Positions 6,217 to 15,377 of a stretch of 27,914 bases of DNA are shown in pieces. The notes under the pieces are model-generated. The model saw nothing but the letters and a program-made list of their open reading frames with translations, ran no database searches and was not told where the DNA came from. Position numbers and translations under genes: made by a program. Position 1 is the stretch's first letter; each line of letters opens with the position of its first letter. This DNA comes from a virus (taxonomy: Duplodnaviria > Caudoviricetes), in IMG/VR virus record IMGVR_UViG_3300049171_000102, positions 1-27,914 of that record. One strand, given 5' to 3'.

Positions 6217-9200
6217 CTACAGGGCGATGATCATGGGGGTGGCCAGCCGGGCATCGTCCTCGTCGGCGTGCGACGTCGCGACACCGTTGACGCCCCGGGT
6301 GACGGTGAAGTACTGCGGGGTGACGATCTGCCAGCTGTCGAACTGAAAGGCGGGCGACACGTTCGTGTTTCCGGTCGCTCTGGCTGCGGTCACGCCTACC
6401 AGGCCGCTGGCGATGGTCGAGCTGGTGATGGTGTCGGAGATCCGCCACCCCGGCTCGGGCGTGCCGTCCAGCCACGTCTTGCCGTACACGGTCTGATCGA
6501 CGACTTTCATCCGCAGCCACCACTTCGACCCGGCCGTGTACGACTGGCCGACAGACGAGATCGAATCCGTGATGCTGCCGCTGTTGACGATGTCCAAACT
6601 GACGGCGCCGCTTGTAGTGAAGTTCGCCCTCAGCTGGTAGTAGCTCGCGCCGCTGATCCTCATCGCGATCCCGGCCCGAAGGGATCCGCCCGTGGCCAGG
6701 GCCGGCACGGTGACCGCGGTCAGCACCTCCCCGTCCGTCACCGTCGCGACCAGGTACTGGAACCTGATCGAGGTGGTGTCGGGCAGGGTCACCAGCCCTG
6801 CGGAGCCGTTCACGCTGCGGTCGGACGCGGCGCCGCCGGACGTCTGCCATGCCAGCGCGAGCGTGGACGGTGTGCTGCCCCATCCGTTGCTGACCGAGCG
6901 GGTGAACGTGTCCCACAGCAGCGGCTCGATGGCCGTCGCGGTCATGACCTCGCCGCCTACGGTGATGTCGAACGGCAGGTCATCCGCGTCAGCTGTCACC
7001 GCCGGGCCGGCCGTCGTGCACCACGCCGGGCCGGTGGTGGCGAGGACGATCAGGCTCGTGTCGTCGGCGTCAACGTCGGCGTCCAGTTCGGAGCCGTCGG
7101 TGTCGATGCGCGTCGGCCCGGCGTCGTCGTCCGGGTCGTCCTCGCCGATCGTGGCGATCGTCCACGGCGAGGCGGGCGTGCAGTTGAACGTGTACACCCA
7201 CTCGAACTGCTGCCACTCTTCCCGCCAGCCCTGCACCATCAGGTCGACCGGGCCCGGCGGCAGGAAATCCGGCAGATCCGTGAGCCGCAGCACGTCGCCC
7301 TCGGTGAGCGCGGTCACGGCCTCAACCAAGCTGGGGTCCTTCGCAAGGTGCACCGTGACCTGCGGATACCGGGCCTCGTCCCACGTCCCCAGGTGCGCCA
7401 GCCAGCCGGCGGTCCGTTCCGGCTGGGAGTCGTCGTGCAGGTTCAGCGTGCGCGAGTCCGGATACACCCCGACCCCGTCCGGCGGGTCCAGCGTGGACAG
7501 CCGGCCCTCGGTGATGGTGACCCGCCCCGACGAGCCGCCGGAGCGCTGCACCTCGACATCGTTGCGCGTGGCCTGGTCGTCATCCGTCGGCGCCAACTCG
7601 CCGACCAGCACGCCGTCGTCGTAGGAGATCGTGATGGCAGGGGTCTGGTTGTACAGCGTGGCCCGGTCCCGGTAGCTGATGGCGGCGAGCGTCGCCCGCT
7701 CGTACAGGATCCCCAGGTCGGCGTCGGCCACCTCACGCAGCAGGTCCAGGAACGAGTCCGACCCCTGTGGGCCCATCAGCTCGCTGTCCACGGTCAGGTC
7801 GCCGTCGTACCGCGAGGCGGAGATGCCCTGCTCGTTCACCAGCCGACTGAACCGGTTGTTGGCGGTCTCCCCGTCGTAGCCGTCCACGGCCGCGGCGTAC
7901 ACGCCCCCCGCGCTGAGAGCGTCGAAGCACGCGACGTGCCCGATGGCCATGCCGTCGTAGGTGGCGGCGAGGGTGCCGGTGGTGACCGCCCGCACGTTCC
8001 CGCACACGGCGCCGGTGGCGGTGGTCTGAACGAAGAAGCTGTTGGCGCTGTCGAGGACGTTCGCCCACGTCACGGTCACCTCGTGGCCCGAGCCGGTGGT
8101 CTCGCCGGTGATCACGAGCCTGTTCCAGCGGCCGATGAACGCGTTGATCGCGTCCGTGCTGCTGGTCTCGAAGTCGTCGAGGACGTTCTCGTCGCTGTCG
8201 CGGAGCTCGATCCGGATCGCCGTCGTTGAGGCGCGCACCAGGGCGCGGGCCACCGCCGACCCGGAGACGTGGACCTGCCACATGCTGGTGATGCCGACCG
8301 GCAGCGCCGGCAGCTGGTACGCCAACTCCACGCGCCATCCGGCCCCGGAACCGGCCGGCACCGCGCCCTTGAGGTAGCCGCCCGTGGCCAGGGTCGGCAC
8401 CGGACCCGATCCAGCGAGGGTGCTGTCGGCGGCGAATGTCACCTCGCTGGCGACCATCGGGCCCACACCGTCGATCGGGGACGCGGCCCGCGTGGCGGAC
8501 GCCTCATCCTCCAGCGGCCAGTAGGCCAGGATGTTGTCGGCGTCCTCCAGCGTGCGGCGCAGGGGGGACTGGAGCGGCGCCGTGCCCTGCCCGAGGCGAC
8601 GAAGCACGCCGGACGCCTCGATGGGGACGTACACGTCGTGCCCGCCAGTCGACCAACGGGTGGGCCAACTGCTGACCTCGCCGATGAACCGCACCCGGCG
8701 GCCGGTCAGCTCGCCGTTGCCTGCGACGGTCCACGTCCGGCCGGCCGAGTCCGCGAAGCTGGTGGCACCCGATGTCACGTCGGAGAACACCGGGTTGGCC
8801 ACGGCCGTCCCGGCGATGCCGTTTCGCAGCTCGAACGCGTGGATGCGGCCGGTGCCCCCCTTGTAGCCGAGGGCCGAGACATCGCCCACCTCCAGCGCCG
8901 CAGTGCTGCTGAAGATCGACGTCGTGCCGCTGTTGTCGACCGCGTCCCCGAGCTGGGTCCACGGCCCGTCAATGCTGTCGGCGGTGTAGAACGTCGTCGT
9001 GTTGCCCGACGCGCCGTTGTTGACGTCCAGCGTCACCCGCACCGCCTGCCGCCTCGACGGCCGCAGGACGAGCACCTCTGTCGACTCCACCTGCGTCAGG
9101 TTCGTGCCGTCTGCGGACCACTCGAAGCGCAGGTGCTCGTCGGCCATCCCGAGCCACCACGACCTCTGGCCAGCGGCCCCGTACTTCCCGGCGAGTTCGA

Positions 9201-9624
9201 CCGGGGCCGTGTTCATCCAGTTGTCGAGCGTCGCCTCCAACCGGATGTCGATGTCGCCGACGATGTCGAGGGCCGCCACGTCCGGGGTGGTGACGTAACC
9301 GGCGACCTCGCCCGTGGGCGCGCCCGGCAGGTACAGCGCAACCGCCGTCCCCGGGTCCAAGCTGACCCTGATCGGGGTGTTCCGGCCCAACTGCCCGTAG
9401 TGCGGGCTGCCCGGGTTCCTAGGGCTGAACCTGCCGTCGCGGTTGTTCAGCTCCAGCGTGCAGCGCGCCGGGTCGGCTCGGGTGCCCTCGTCCGACCGGC
9501 CGCGGGTGATGGACACGCCGCCGCCCTCGCGGCCGTAGGCGTAGTCCGTGACGTCCGTCCAGTCCGCATCGAACTGCAACTCCACGCGGGTGTCGAGGGG
9601 GTCCTCAGGCCACGCCACAGCCAC
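6217..9624 (-). CDS. Large multidomain tail tip protein with LamG/ConA-like domains (1135 aa)
   Basis: Directly after tape measure. Tail-hub-like motifs (LELNNRDGRFSPRNP; ADADLGILYE; NDVEVQR), LAYWPLED LamG-type start, beta-rich insertions. Confidence 0.85.
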   Translation of the reverse strand: MAVAWPEDPLDTRVELQFDADWTDVTDYAYGREGGGVSITRGRSDEGTRADPARCTLELNNRDGRFSPRNPGSPHYGQLGRNTPIRVSLDPGTAVALYLPGAPTGEVAGYVTTPDVAALDIVGDIDIRLEATLDNWMNTAPVELAGKYGAAGQRSWWLGMADEHLRFEWSADGTNLTQVESTEVLVLRPSRRQAVRVTLDVNNGASGNTTTFYTADSIDGPWTQLGDAVDNSGTTSIFSSTAALEVGDVSALGYKGGTGRIHAFELRNGIAGTAVANPVFSDVTSGATSFADSAGRTWTVAGNGELTGRRVRFIGEVSSWPTRWSTGGHDVYVPIEASGVLRRLGQGTAPLQSPLRRTLEDADNILAYWPLEDEASATRAASPIDGVGPMVASEVTFAADSTLAGSGPVPTLATGGYLKGAVPAGSGAGWRVELAYQLPALPVGITSMWQVHVSGSAVARALVRASTTAIRIELRDSDENVLDDFETSSTDAINAFIGRWNRLVITGETTGSGHEVTVTWANVLDSANSFFVQTTATGAVCGNVRAVTTGTLAATYDGMAIGHVACFDALSAGGVYAAAVDGYDGETANNRFSRLVNEQGISASRYDGDLTVDSELMGPQGSDSFLDLLREVADADLGILYERATLAAISYRDRATLYNQTPAITISYDDGVLVGELAPTDDDQATRNDVEVQRSGGSSGRVTITEGRLSTLDPPDGVGVYPDSRTLNLHDDSQPERTAGWLAHLGTWDEARYPQVTVHLAKDPSLVEAVTALTEGDVLRLTDLPDFLPPGPVDLMVQGWREEWQQFEWVYTFNCTPASPWTIATIGEDDPDDDAGPTRIDTDGSELDADVDADDTSLIVLATTGPAWCTTAGPAVTADADDLPFDITVGGEVMTATAIEPLLWDTFTRSVSNGWGSTPSTLALAWQTSGGAASDRSVNGSAGLVTLPDTTSIRFQYLVATVTDGEVLTAVTVPALATGGSLRAGIAMRISGASYYQLRANFTTSGAVSLDIVNSGSITDSISSVGQSYTAGSKWWLRMKVVDQTVYGKTWLDGTPEPGWRISDTITSSTIASGLVGVTAARATGNTNVSPAFQFDSWQIVTPQYFTVTRGVNGVATSHADEDDARLATPMIIAL

Positions 9625-9627
9625 CCC

Positions 9628-12600
9628 CTACATCCGTCCGAGGGACGCCAGGCCGCCGCGGTCCCGAATCTCGCCCCGCAGGGGGTCGTACAGAACGCGA
9701 GCCAGCACCTTGCCGTCGGGCATCATCACGTTGATCTGGATCGGACGGCCGTCGGCCGCGCCGCCGTAGCCGCCGCCCATGAGGCGGCGGGTGTCCGGGT
9801 TGGACCGCACACGGGACCCGAACGGGAGGTCCGCGATCTCCGGCCCGTGCTCGCCGACCAACGTCCAGCTGGAGCGGGGCCCGCCGCCGGCCGCGCCGGT
9901 GATACCGCCGCTCGCCTTCCGGCCGATCCCGAGGCCCTTCCGCACGGCCCGCTCCAGCGCCTCGGCGAGGTTCTCCATGACGCGCTCGATGCGCCGCTGC
10001 GACTTCTCCAGCCCGCGCACGACGCCCTCGGCGGCACGGATCCCGGCCTTGTACAGGGCGTCCGATGCTTCCTCGCCGGCCCGCGCGGCGTCCGCTCCGA
10101 TCTGCTTCTGGAGGCTGTTGATCTGCGCGATTTCCTTGTCGCTCGCGCGCAGCAGCGCCAGCGCGGTCTCCAGGCCGCCGCCCTCGATCCCGGCCTCGCT
10201 GATGTTGCGCATGGCGGCCTTCCCGAGCCCGCGCTTCTGCAACTTGTCGAGGGCGTCGGCGAAGGTGTCGGCCTGCGCCGCCGAGCCGCTGAGGTTGGAG
10301 ATGACCATGTCGGCGGTGAAAGCCCCGCCCGTGCCGCTGCCCTCGGTGACGTCCCGGGTGTCCAGCACGCCGCCGCGCACGGAGTCGGCGAACTGGGACG
10401 CTGCCTCCCTCAGCCCCTTGAGCTTGTCGCGGGCCTTGTCGAGCTCGGCGGAGATCTTCTCGTGCGCGCGGGCGTTCTTGATCAGCGCCTTCCCGGCGAC
10501 ATCCAGATCCTTCAGCAGCATCCGCTCCGTGGACCCGTGCGTCAGCGCCTTCACGTTGCCGCGCCACTCGTTCAGCGCGCCGATCAAGCTCTTGACGTCC
10601 TTCGGGTCCCCGAACGACTTCTCGAACGCCGTGGACGAGGCGCCGGCCATGGACCCGAAGTGGGACACGCCGAACGCGCTCGCCACGTCGCGGGACTGCC
10701 GCGCCTCCCGCTCGCTCTTGAGCCACTGCTTGCTGGTGTTCGCCGGGATGACCGTCGAGCCGAACGGCAACCTGACGATCTCCGGTCCGCGCTCACCCAC
10801 CAGCGTCGCCGCGCCGCGCACCCCACCGGTGGCCGCGCTGCCGACGACGCCGCCCGACGCACGGGCGATCACACCCGGGATCTGGCTCTCGTCCACCATC
10901 GGCCCGCCGCCGAGGTACCGGGAGACGTAGTCCACCGTCACGGTGACGTTCCGGTCCTGCAAGGAGTTCAGGTCGTTGCGGGCCTCCGCGAGCCGCTGCC
11001 GCAGCTGCGCGATATCGGCCCTGACCTCGGCCTTCCGGGAGTCCGGGACGTTCTGGAGCCGCTCCCGCGCCTCCCGCAGCCGCTCCCGCAGGTCCGAGAT
11101 GTCACCGCGGACCTGCGCCGTCCGGTCCGGAATCTGGAGGATTTGGTCCGCCAGGGCGCGGGCCTGGTCCTTCGTCAGGCCCATCGCCTGCGCGGACTCG
11201 ACCAGCTCCTGCCTGCCGCGGGCGTAGATGTCGTTGACCTCGGACCAGCTACGGCCCTGCTCCCGCGCGGACGCGGCGGCCTCGTCGGTCGCCGCGGCGA
11301 GATCGTTCAGGCTGCCCGCGGCCTCCCGCTGAGCCTCCGAGTTGAGGACCAGCTCGCCGTTGCGCATCCGCAGCACGCCGGCGGAGTCCTCGGCCGCCTT
11401 CGATGCGGCGTCGATCGCATCTTCGAAGGCGATCATCCCGTCGAGACCTTGGCGGTTCACGTCGTTCAGCGCCTGGAGCGACTGCCGCAGGCCGTCCGCG
11501 CTCAGCTTCTGCTGCTCCAGCGCCTCCTGCGTCGCGAGGGCCTGCTCACCGAACAGACCCATCCCCGCCGCAGCCAACTCCTGCTCGACTCTCAACGCCG
11601 CAACGGTGTCCTGGTACTCCGGGAAGCGCTCCCGGATGTCCTCCATAGACTCGCCGTTGGCGAGGAGCGCTTCCCGGAACACCTGGAACGAGTCCGCGGC
11701 CTCCTTCGCATGGCCACCCGACGCCATGGCTGCCAGAGCCTGGTCGAGCGCCTCGAAGTCCTCCTCAAGGGCCCTCGTGGAGTCGCCGCCCTCGACCAAG
11801 TCACTGACCGTGCGGTCCAGCCACTTCGACGCCTCGTACAGGCCCGGGATACGGAAGCTCGTGTCCTCGGCACCGAGCCGCTCCTGAAGCTGCGCGAACT
11901 TCTCGGTCATCTCATCGACGGTGCCGAAGGCGTCCCGCAGTTCCCCGGTGAACTGCCCGGTGTCACTAAGGCGCTTCAGGCTGGTGGTGAGTCGGTCGAT
12001 GTCTGGCGGCGCACCGCGGGCGTGCTCGGCGAGTTCGTCGATCGCGATGCCCACCAAGGCGAGGCCACCCAGCGCCCCGACAGCCTTCTGCACCCGCGTC
12101 ATGCCGGCTGCCATGCCGCTCATGGCCGCCCCGACGCCCGACGTGCGGGCGGTCGTCACGAATGTGGTGAAGCGGGCGATGAACGCGGACGTCATGACGG
12201 CCGACACCGCCCCGACCCCCAGCGCCACCAGCTTCAGCGCGGCGTACATGCTCAGCAGGGTGCCGATCAGCTCCGGCGGCACGGCGCTCGCCAGGCGCGC
12301 CAGCGCGTCCACCAGACCCAGCATGCTGACGCCCGTCTCCGACGCGCCGACCAGCACGTTGGTGAGCGCCGACGCGAGGTTCCCCAGCGCGTCACCCACC
12401 AACGGCGAGTTCTGCTGCGCGTAGTCGAGGAACGCCTCGACGTCCGACCCGACGCCACTGGTCTGCGCGGACTGCACGAACTCGATCAGGCCAATCCGTG
12501 CCTTCGACAGCGACTCGGCCGCGAAGTCGTCGAAGCGGTCCATGAACCCGTCGAACGAATCACTGGACACGCCGCCGGCAGCGACCGCGACGAAACGGTC

Positions 12601-13155
12601 CAGCTCATCCGACACGGCCCGCACCGTCGGCGACATCGGCTCCAAGGTCGCCGCCAGCGTGTCCAGCGAGTGCGTGAACACCGGCATCGTGTCGTCGGCG
12701 AGGCTGTCGGACCACGCGGTGTACTGGTCCTTCAGCGACGACAGCGCGGCCGTGGCGCGCCGCGTCGCCGGCGGCATAGCTTCCAGGTTCCGCTGGAACT
12801 CCAGCTCCGCCTCGTCCGCCTCGGTCGAGGTGCGGCCGTGCTGCCTCACGGCGTCGTCGTACTTCTGCTGAGCCTCGGACGCCTTGGTCATGGCCGAGAT
12901 CTGCTTGCCCACGGCCACGCCGAACACGCCCACCGCCGCAGACGCCGCCCCCAGCGACACGGCGATCGGAGCCGCCGCAGCCGCGACCGGGATCAGGGCT
13001 GGGGCGAGGCTGAGCGCCGTCGCCCTGAGGCTGCCGAACGACTTGTTGGCCCTGTCGGCGTCCTGCGTGAGGCGGGTGATGGAGGCGCGGACAGTGGTGA
13101 TGCCGGCGCCGGTGGCGTCCGTGACGCGGACCGTGATGTTGACGTCGTCGGCCAC
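9628..13155 (-). CDS. Tail tape measure protein (1175 aa)
   Basis: Long Ala/Leu-rich helical ORF after the chaperone; begins ADDVNITVRVTD; C-terminal ASGG...LVGE.GPE motifs. Confidence 0.93.
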   Translation of the reverse strand: MADDVNITVRVTDATGAGITTVRASITRLTQDADRANKSFGSLRATALSLAPALIPVAAAAAPIAVSLGAASAAVGVFGVAVGKQISAMTKASEAQQKYDDAVRQHGRTSTEADEAELEFQRNLEAMPPATRRATAALSSLKDQYTAWSDSLADDTMPVFTHSLDTLAATLEPMSPTVRAVSDELDRFVAVAAGGVSSDSFDGFMDRFDDFAAESLSKARIGLIEFVQSAQTSGVGSDVEAFLDYAQQNSPLVGDALGNLASALTNVLVGASETGVSMLGLVDALARLASAVPPELIGTLLSMYAALKLVALGVGAVSAVMTSAFIARFTTFVTTARTSGVGAAMSGMAAGMTRVQKAVGALGGLALVGIAIDELAEHARGAPPDIDRLTTSLKRLSDTGQFTGELRDAFGTVDEMTEKFAQLQERLGAEDTSFRIPGLYEASKWLDRTVSDLVEGGDSTRALEEDFEALDQALAAMASGGHAKEAADSFQVFREALLANGESMEDIRERFPEYQDTVAALRVEQELAAAGMGLFGEQALATQEALEQQKLSADGLRQSLQALNDVNRQGLDGMIAFEDAIDAASKAAEDSAGVLRMRNGELVLNSEAQREAAGSLNDLAAATDEAAASAREQGRSWSEVNDIYARGRQELVESAQAMGLTKDQARALADQILQIPDRTAQVRGDISDLRERLREARERLQNVPDSRKAEVRADIAQLRQRLAEARNDLNSLQDRNVTVTVDYVSRYLGGGPMVDESQIPGVIARASGGVVGSAATGGVRGAATLVGERGPEIVRLPFGSTVIPANTSKQWLKSEREARQSRDVASAFGVSHFGSMAGASSTAFEKSFGDPKDVKSLIGALNEWRGNVKALTHGSTERMLLKDLDVAGKALIKNARAHEKISAELDKARDKLKGLREAASQFADSVRGGVLDTRDVTEGSGTGGAFTADMVISNLSGSAAQADTFADALDKLQKRGLGKAAMRNISEAGIEGGGLETALALLRASDKEIAQINSLQKQIGADAARAGEEASDALYKAGIRAAEGVVRGLEKSQRRIERVMENLAEALERAVRKGLGIGRKASGGITGAAGGGPRSSWTLVGEHGPEIADLPFGSRVRSNPDTRRLMGGGYGGAADGRPIQINVMMPDGKVLARVLYDPLRGEIRDRGGLASLGRM

Positions 13156-13158
13156 TAC

Positions 13159-13395
13159 TCACCACCCGTCCGAGGAGGCACCCCCGTCCTGCGGGGTGGC
13201 GAGTTCGACGACCTTCAACAGCCGCAGGATCTCCACATCCTCGTCCTCCAGCACGGAGGGGAGGCAGCCGAACCGCTCGCAGAGGCCGAGGATCAGCTCG
13301 GCGCGGGCGAGAGCGCGGGGCTTTCGGACAGGGGTTCCATCGGAATCGAGACCGCCGGGGACGGCTCGCCACCGGGCGAGCTCTCCTCCAAAGGG
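13159..13395 (-). CDS. -1 frame extension of the tail assembly chaperone (gpGT-like C-terminal part)
   Basis: Frame open from the slippery site to a TGA 3 nt before the TMP start; contains LGLCERFGCLPS.L..ED; no good start of its own. Confidence 0.8.
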   Translation of the reverse strand, partial: PFGGELARWRAVPGGLDSDGTPVRKPRALARAELILGLCERFGCLPSVLEDEDVEILRLLKVVELATPQDGGASSDGW

Positions 13396-13712
13396 TCGGC
13401 CTTGTGGACCCCCGAGAGCGCGTCGAGCCACGCCGTGCCGACCTTCAGCATCATGCTGTGGTCCTCGGCGTACACCGCCTCGACTGTGGCGGGGACTGGG
13501 TTCCCGTTCTCGTCTTCGAGGTTCCAGGAGACGAGGGAGTCGGCGAACACGCGCAGCGCCTCGCCGATCCCGGACCGGTCGACATCCCCCATGCCGACCA
13601 GTTCCAGGTACGCGCCGAGGGACATGCCCCGGGTCGTCACCTCCAGCCCGGCCAGTTCGTGGTTGCCGTCGAACTGCACGGTGACCGTCTTGTGCTTGCG
13701 TCGGTATCCCAT
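13293..13712 (-). CDS. Tail assembly chaperone (gpG-like, 139 aa)
   Basis: Position between tail tube and TMP; LVSWNLEDENGNPVP motif. Confidence 0.85.
   Translation of the reverse strand: MGYRRKHKTVTVQFDGNHELAGLEVTTRGMSLGAYLELVGMGDVDRSGIGEALRVFADSLVSWNLEDENGNPVPATVEAVYAEDHSMMLKVGTAWLDALSGVHKADPLEESSPGGEPSPAVSIPMEPLSESPALSPAPS
13389..13395 (-). other. Programmed -1 ribosomal frameshift heptamer C CCT TTG
   Basis: X XXY YYZ heptamer correctly phased in the chaperone ORF (GAC CCT TTG). The -1 frame leads into the ORF ending at 13159, giving a fusion of about 184 aa. Confidence 0.8.
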
Positions 13713-13731
13713 CGGGCGCGGGTCCTCTCTC

Positions 13732-14145
13732 TTACGCGGTGGTCCAGGTCGGCACGGTGCCGTTCGCGAGGACGCCGGGCGCGCTGAACGTGAACGACCC
13801 GTCGTCGCCCCTCGTCAAGGCGTAGTCGGTGTACAGCACCTCGTTCGGGAGGGACTGTCCGGAGACGGTGAGCGTGGTCGTCCGCGGAACGGACGTGGAC
13901 GGCACGGTGCTGAGGGTGGCGTGGCCCATGTTCGCCGCGTCGTTGAACACGCCGTTGAGCGTCACGGAGAAGTCGGCGAGCAGCAGGAGCCGCTCCATGG
14001 CTGACTTGTCGAGGCCCGTGACGTCCTGCACCGCCCGCGGGGTGCTGAACTGGAGGTTCGTGAAGTCGTTGCGCAGTTCGCGCGGGGTGCCGGACGCGTC
14101 GTCGATCGACGCAGAGGTCCACCCGAGCCCGCTCTCCTTGGCCAT
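13732..14145 (-). CDS. Tail tube (major tail) protein, short paralog (137 aa)
   Basis: Directly upstream of the chaperone; beta-rich; DVTGLDKSAMERL and TRGDDGSFTFS motifs. Confidence 0.75.
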   Translation of the reverse strand: MAKESGLGWTSASIDDASGTPRELRNDFTNLQFSTPRAVQDVTGLDKSAMERLLLLADFSVTLNGVFNDAANMGHATLSTVPSTSVPRTTTLTVSGQSLPNEVLYTDYALTRGDDGSFTFSAPGVLANGTVPTWTTA

Positions 14146-14151
14146 GGCCAG

Positions 14152-14586
14152 TTATCCCTTCTGCTGTTGATCGGCGACGCGCTGTTGGTGCTCGCCGAAG
14201 TCCTCGACCCAGTCGGCGGGCCGTGTGTGGCGGCGCAGGACGCCGAGGTTCTGGCGCCAGTCCCCGCGCCGCACGGCGTAGGTCTCCGGGCGCGTCTGGT
14301 GATTGGCGAAGCACCGCTGACCGGCACCGAAGGTGAAGACCGTCAGTCCTGCGTTGGTCTTCTGCTCGCGGAAGGTTCGGCGGGATGCCGTGCGGATCCA
14401 TGTCGCCATGTCACGGAACTGCGGGATGCCTTCGTCGAGCACGGTCTGCCAGCCGTTGCGCCAGGCCGGGCAGCCGACCTGCTCGCACGCCGCCCGCAGC
14501 AGCGTGTCCCGCGGGGAGAAGATCGTGTAAGTCTGGTAGGACCGCACCGGCATGGCCGGGTCGGCGCGGCTGATCGGGCGCTGCAT
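14152..14586 (-). CDS. Hypothetical protein (144 aa) with possible Cys/His metal ligands
   Basis: TGATG coupling to the upstream gene; CEQVGC ... CFANH. Confidence 0.8.
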   Translation of the reverse strand: MQRPISRADPAMPVRSYQTYTIFSPRDTLLRAACEQVGCPAWRNGWQTVLDEGIPQFRDMATWIRTASRRTFREQKTNAGLTVFTFGAGQRCFANHQTRPETYAVRRGDWRQNLGVLRRHTRPADWVEDFGEHQQRVADQQQKG

Positions 14587-15368
14587 CAGAACACCACCGC
14601 CACCGGGTTGCGCGCCACAACCACGGCGAACGACAACTCGGTGAACCCGCCAGTCGTGGTGGTCGTCACCTTCAGGTACCGCTCGACCGTCTGATCGCGC
14701 GCGGTCTGGATCCGCTCCCATGTCGGGCCGGCGGTGATCTCCGTGAACGCGCCGCCGGTGACGTCGGCGAACGCGTCAGCAGCGGCGTCGTCCGACGACT
14801 CCTGAATGGTGATCGTGGCGTCCGTGCCGTCGAAAGACATGACGTGCAGGTACGCCTGCAACCCGAACGCGGTGGAGCCGGTACCGAAGTCGACGCTCGT
14901 GCCGGCGGTCGCCTCGTCGTCGGTACGCACCCCTGCGGTGAGCTGCCGCCCCCACTCCAGCCCGTAGCCGTTGGCCTGCGCCTCAACCGAAAATGTGAAC
15001 GAGCCGTCCTCGCCGCGGGTGCCGTCGTACCCGATCTGCTTCGCGACCAGCGCGGCGGCCGGAGATCCGAGGGACGTGCCCCGCAGGTAGGTCACCAGCG
15101 TGTCGGCCGTGGGCAGCGTGGACAGGACCGCGTGCGCCCGGTCCTCCGTCACGCCAGGGTCGTCAGCGGCGGTCTCGGGGTTGAAGAACGCCGTGAACCC
15201 GAGGCGCCCGTCACGGACGCCGCCCTTCCGCTCGAACGCGCTCTTGCAGATCCCGGTCATGTCGAGCGGGCTGGGCCCGCCGCCGATGTTCTGGGCGCTG
15301 CCGATGTCGCAACTCAGGTCGTGCCCGGCGATGTACAGGTTGTCGCCGAGGCCGGACTGCTTCGCCAT
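14586..15368 (-). CDS. Tail tube-like protein, long paralog with extra C-terminal beta domain (260 aa)
   Basis: SD GGAGG. N-terminal ~140 aa align by eye with 13732-14145 (MAK.SGLG, D.TG..KSA.ER, HA.LST.P, TRG.DGSFTFS). Confidence 0.75.
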   Translation of the reverse strand: MAKQSGLGDNLYIAGHDLSCDIGSAQNIGGGPSPLDMTGICKSAFERKGGVRDGRLGFTAFFNPETAADDPGVTEDRAHAVLSTLPTADTLVTYLRGTSLGSPAAALVAKQIGYDGTRGEDGSFTFSVEAQANGYGLEWGRQLTAGVRTDDEATAGTSVDFGTGSTAFGLQAYLHVMSFDGTDATITIQESSDDAAADAFADVTGGAFTEITAGPTWERIQTARDQTVERYLKVTTTTTGGFTELSFAVVVARNPVAVVF

Positions 15369-15377
15369 GATGCCCTC

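Noticed and set aside
5679-6900. Diversity-generating retroelement target
   Set aside because: No reverse transcriptase and no template/variable repeat pair seen in the window.
8269-14004. 1911-aa plus-strand ORF (and other long + strand ORFs such as 5872-8229, 3928-5700, 22264-24297)
   Set aside because: Antisense shadows of GC3-biased minus-strand genes: Arg/Gly/His-rich text with no motifs, fully overlapping well-supported phage genes.
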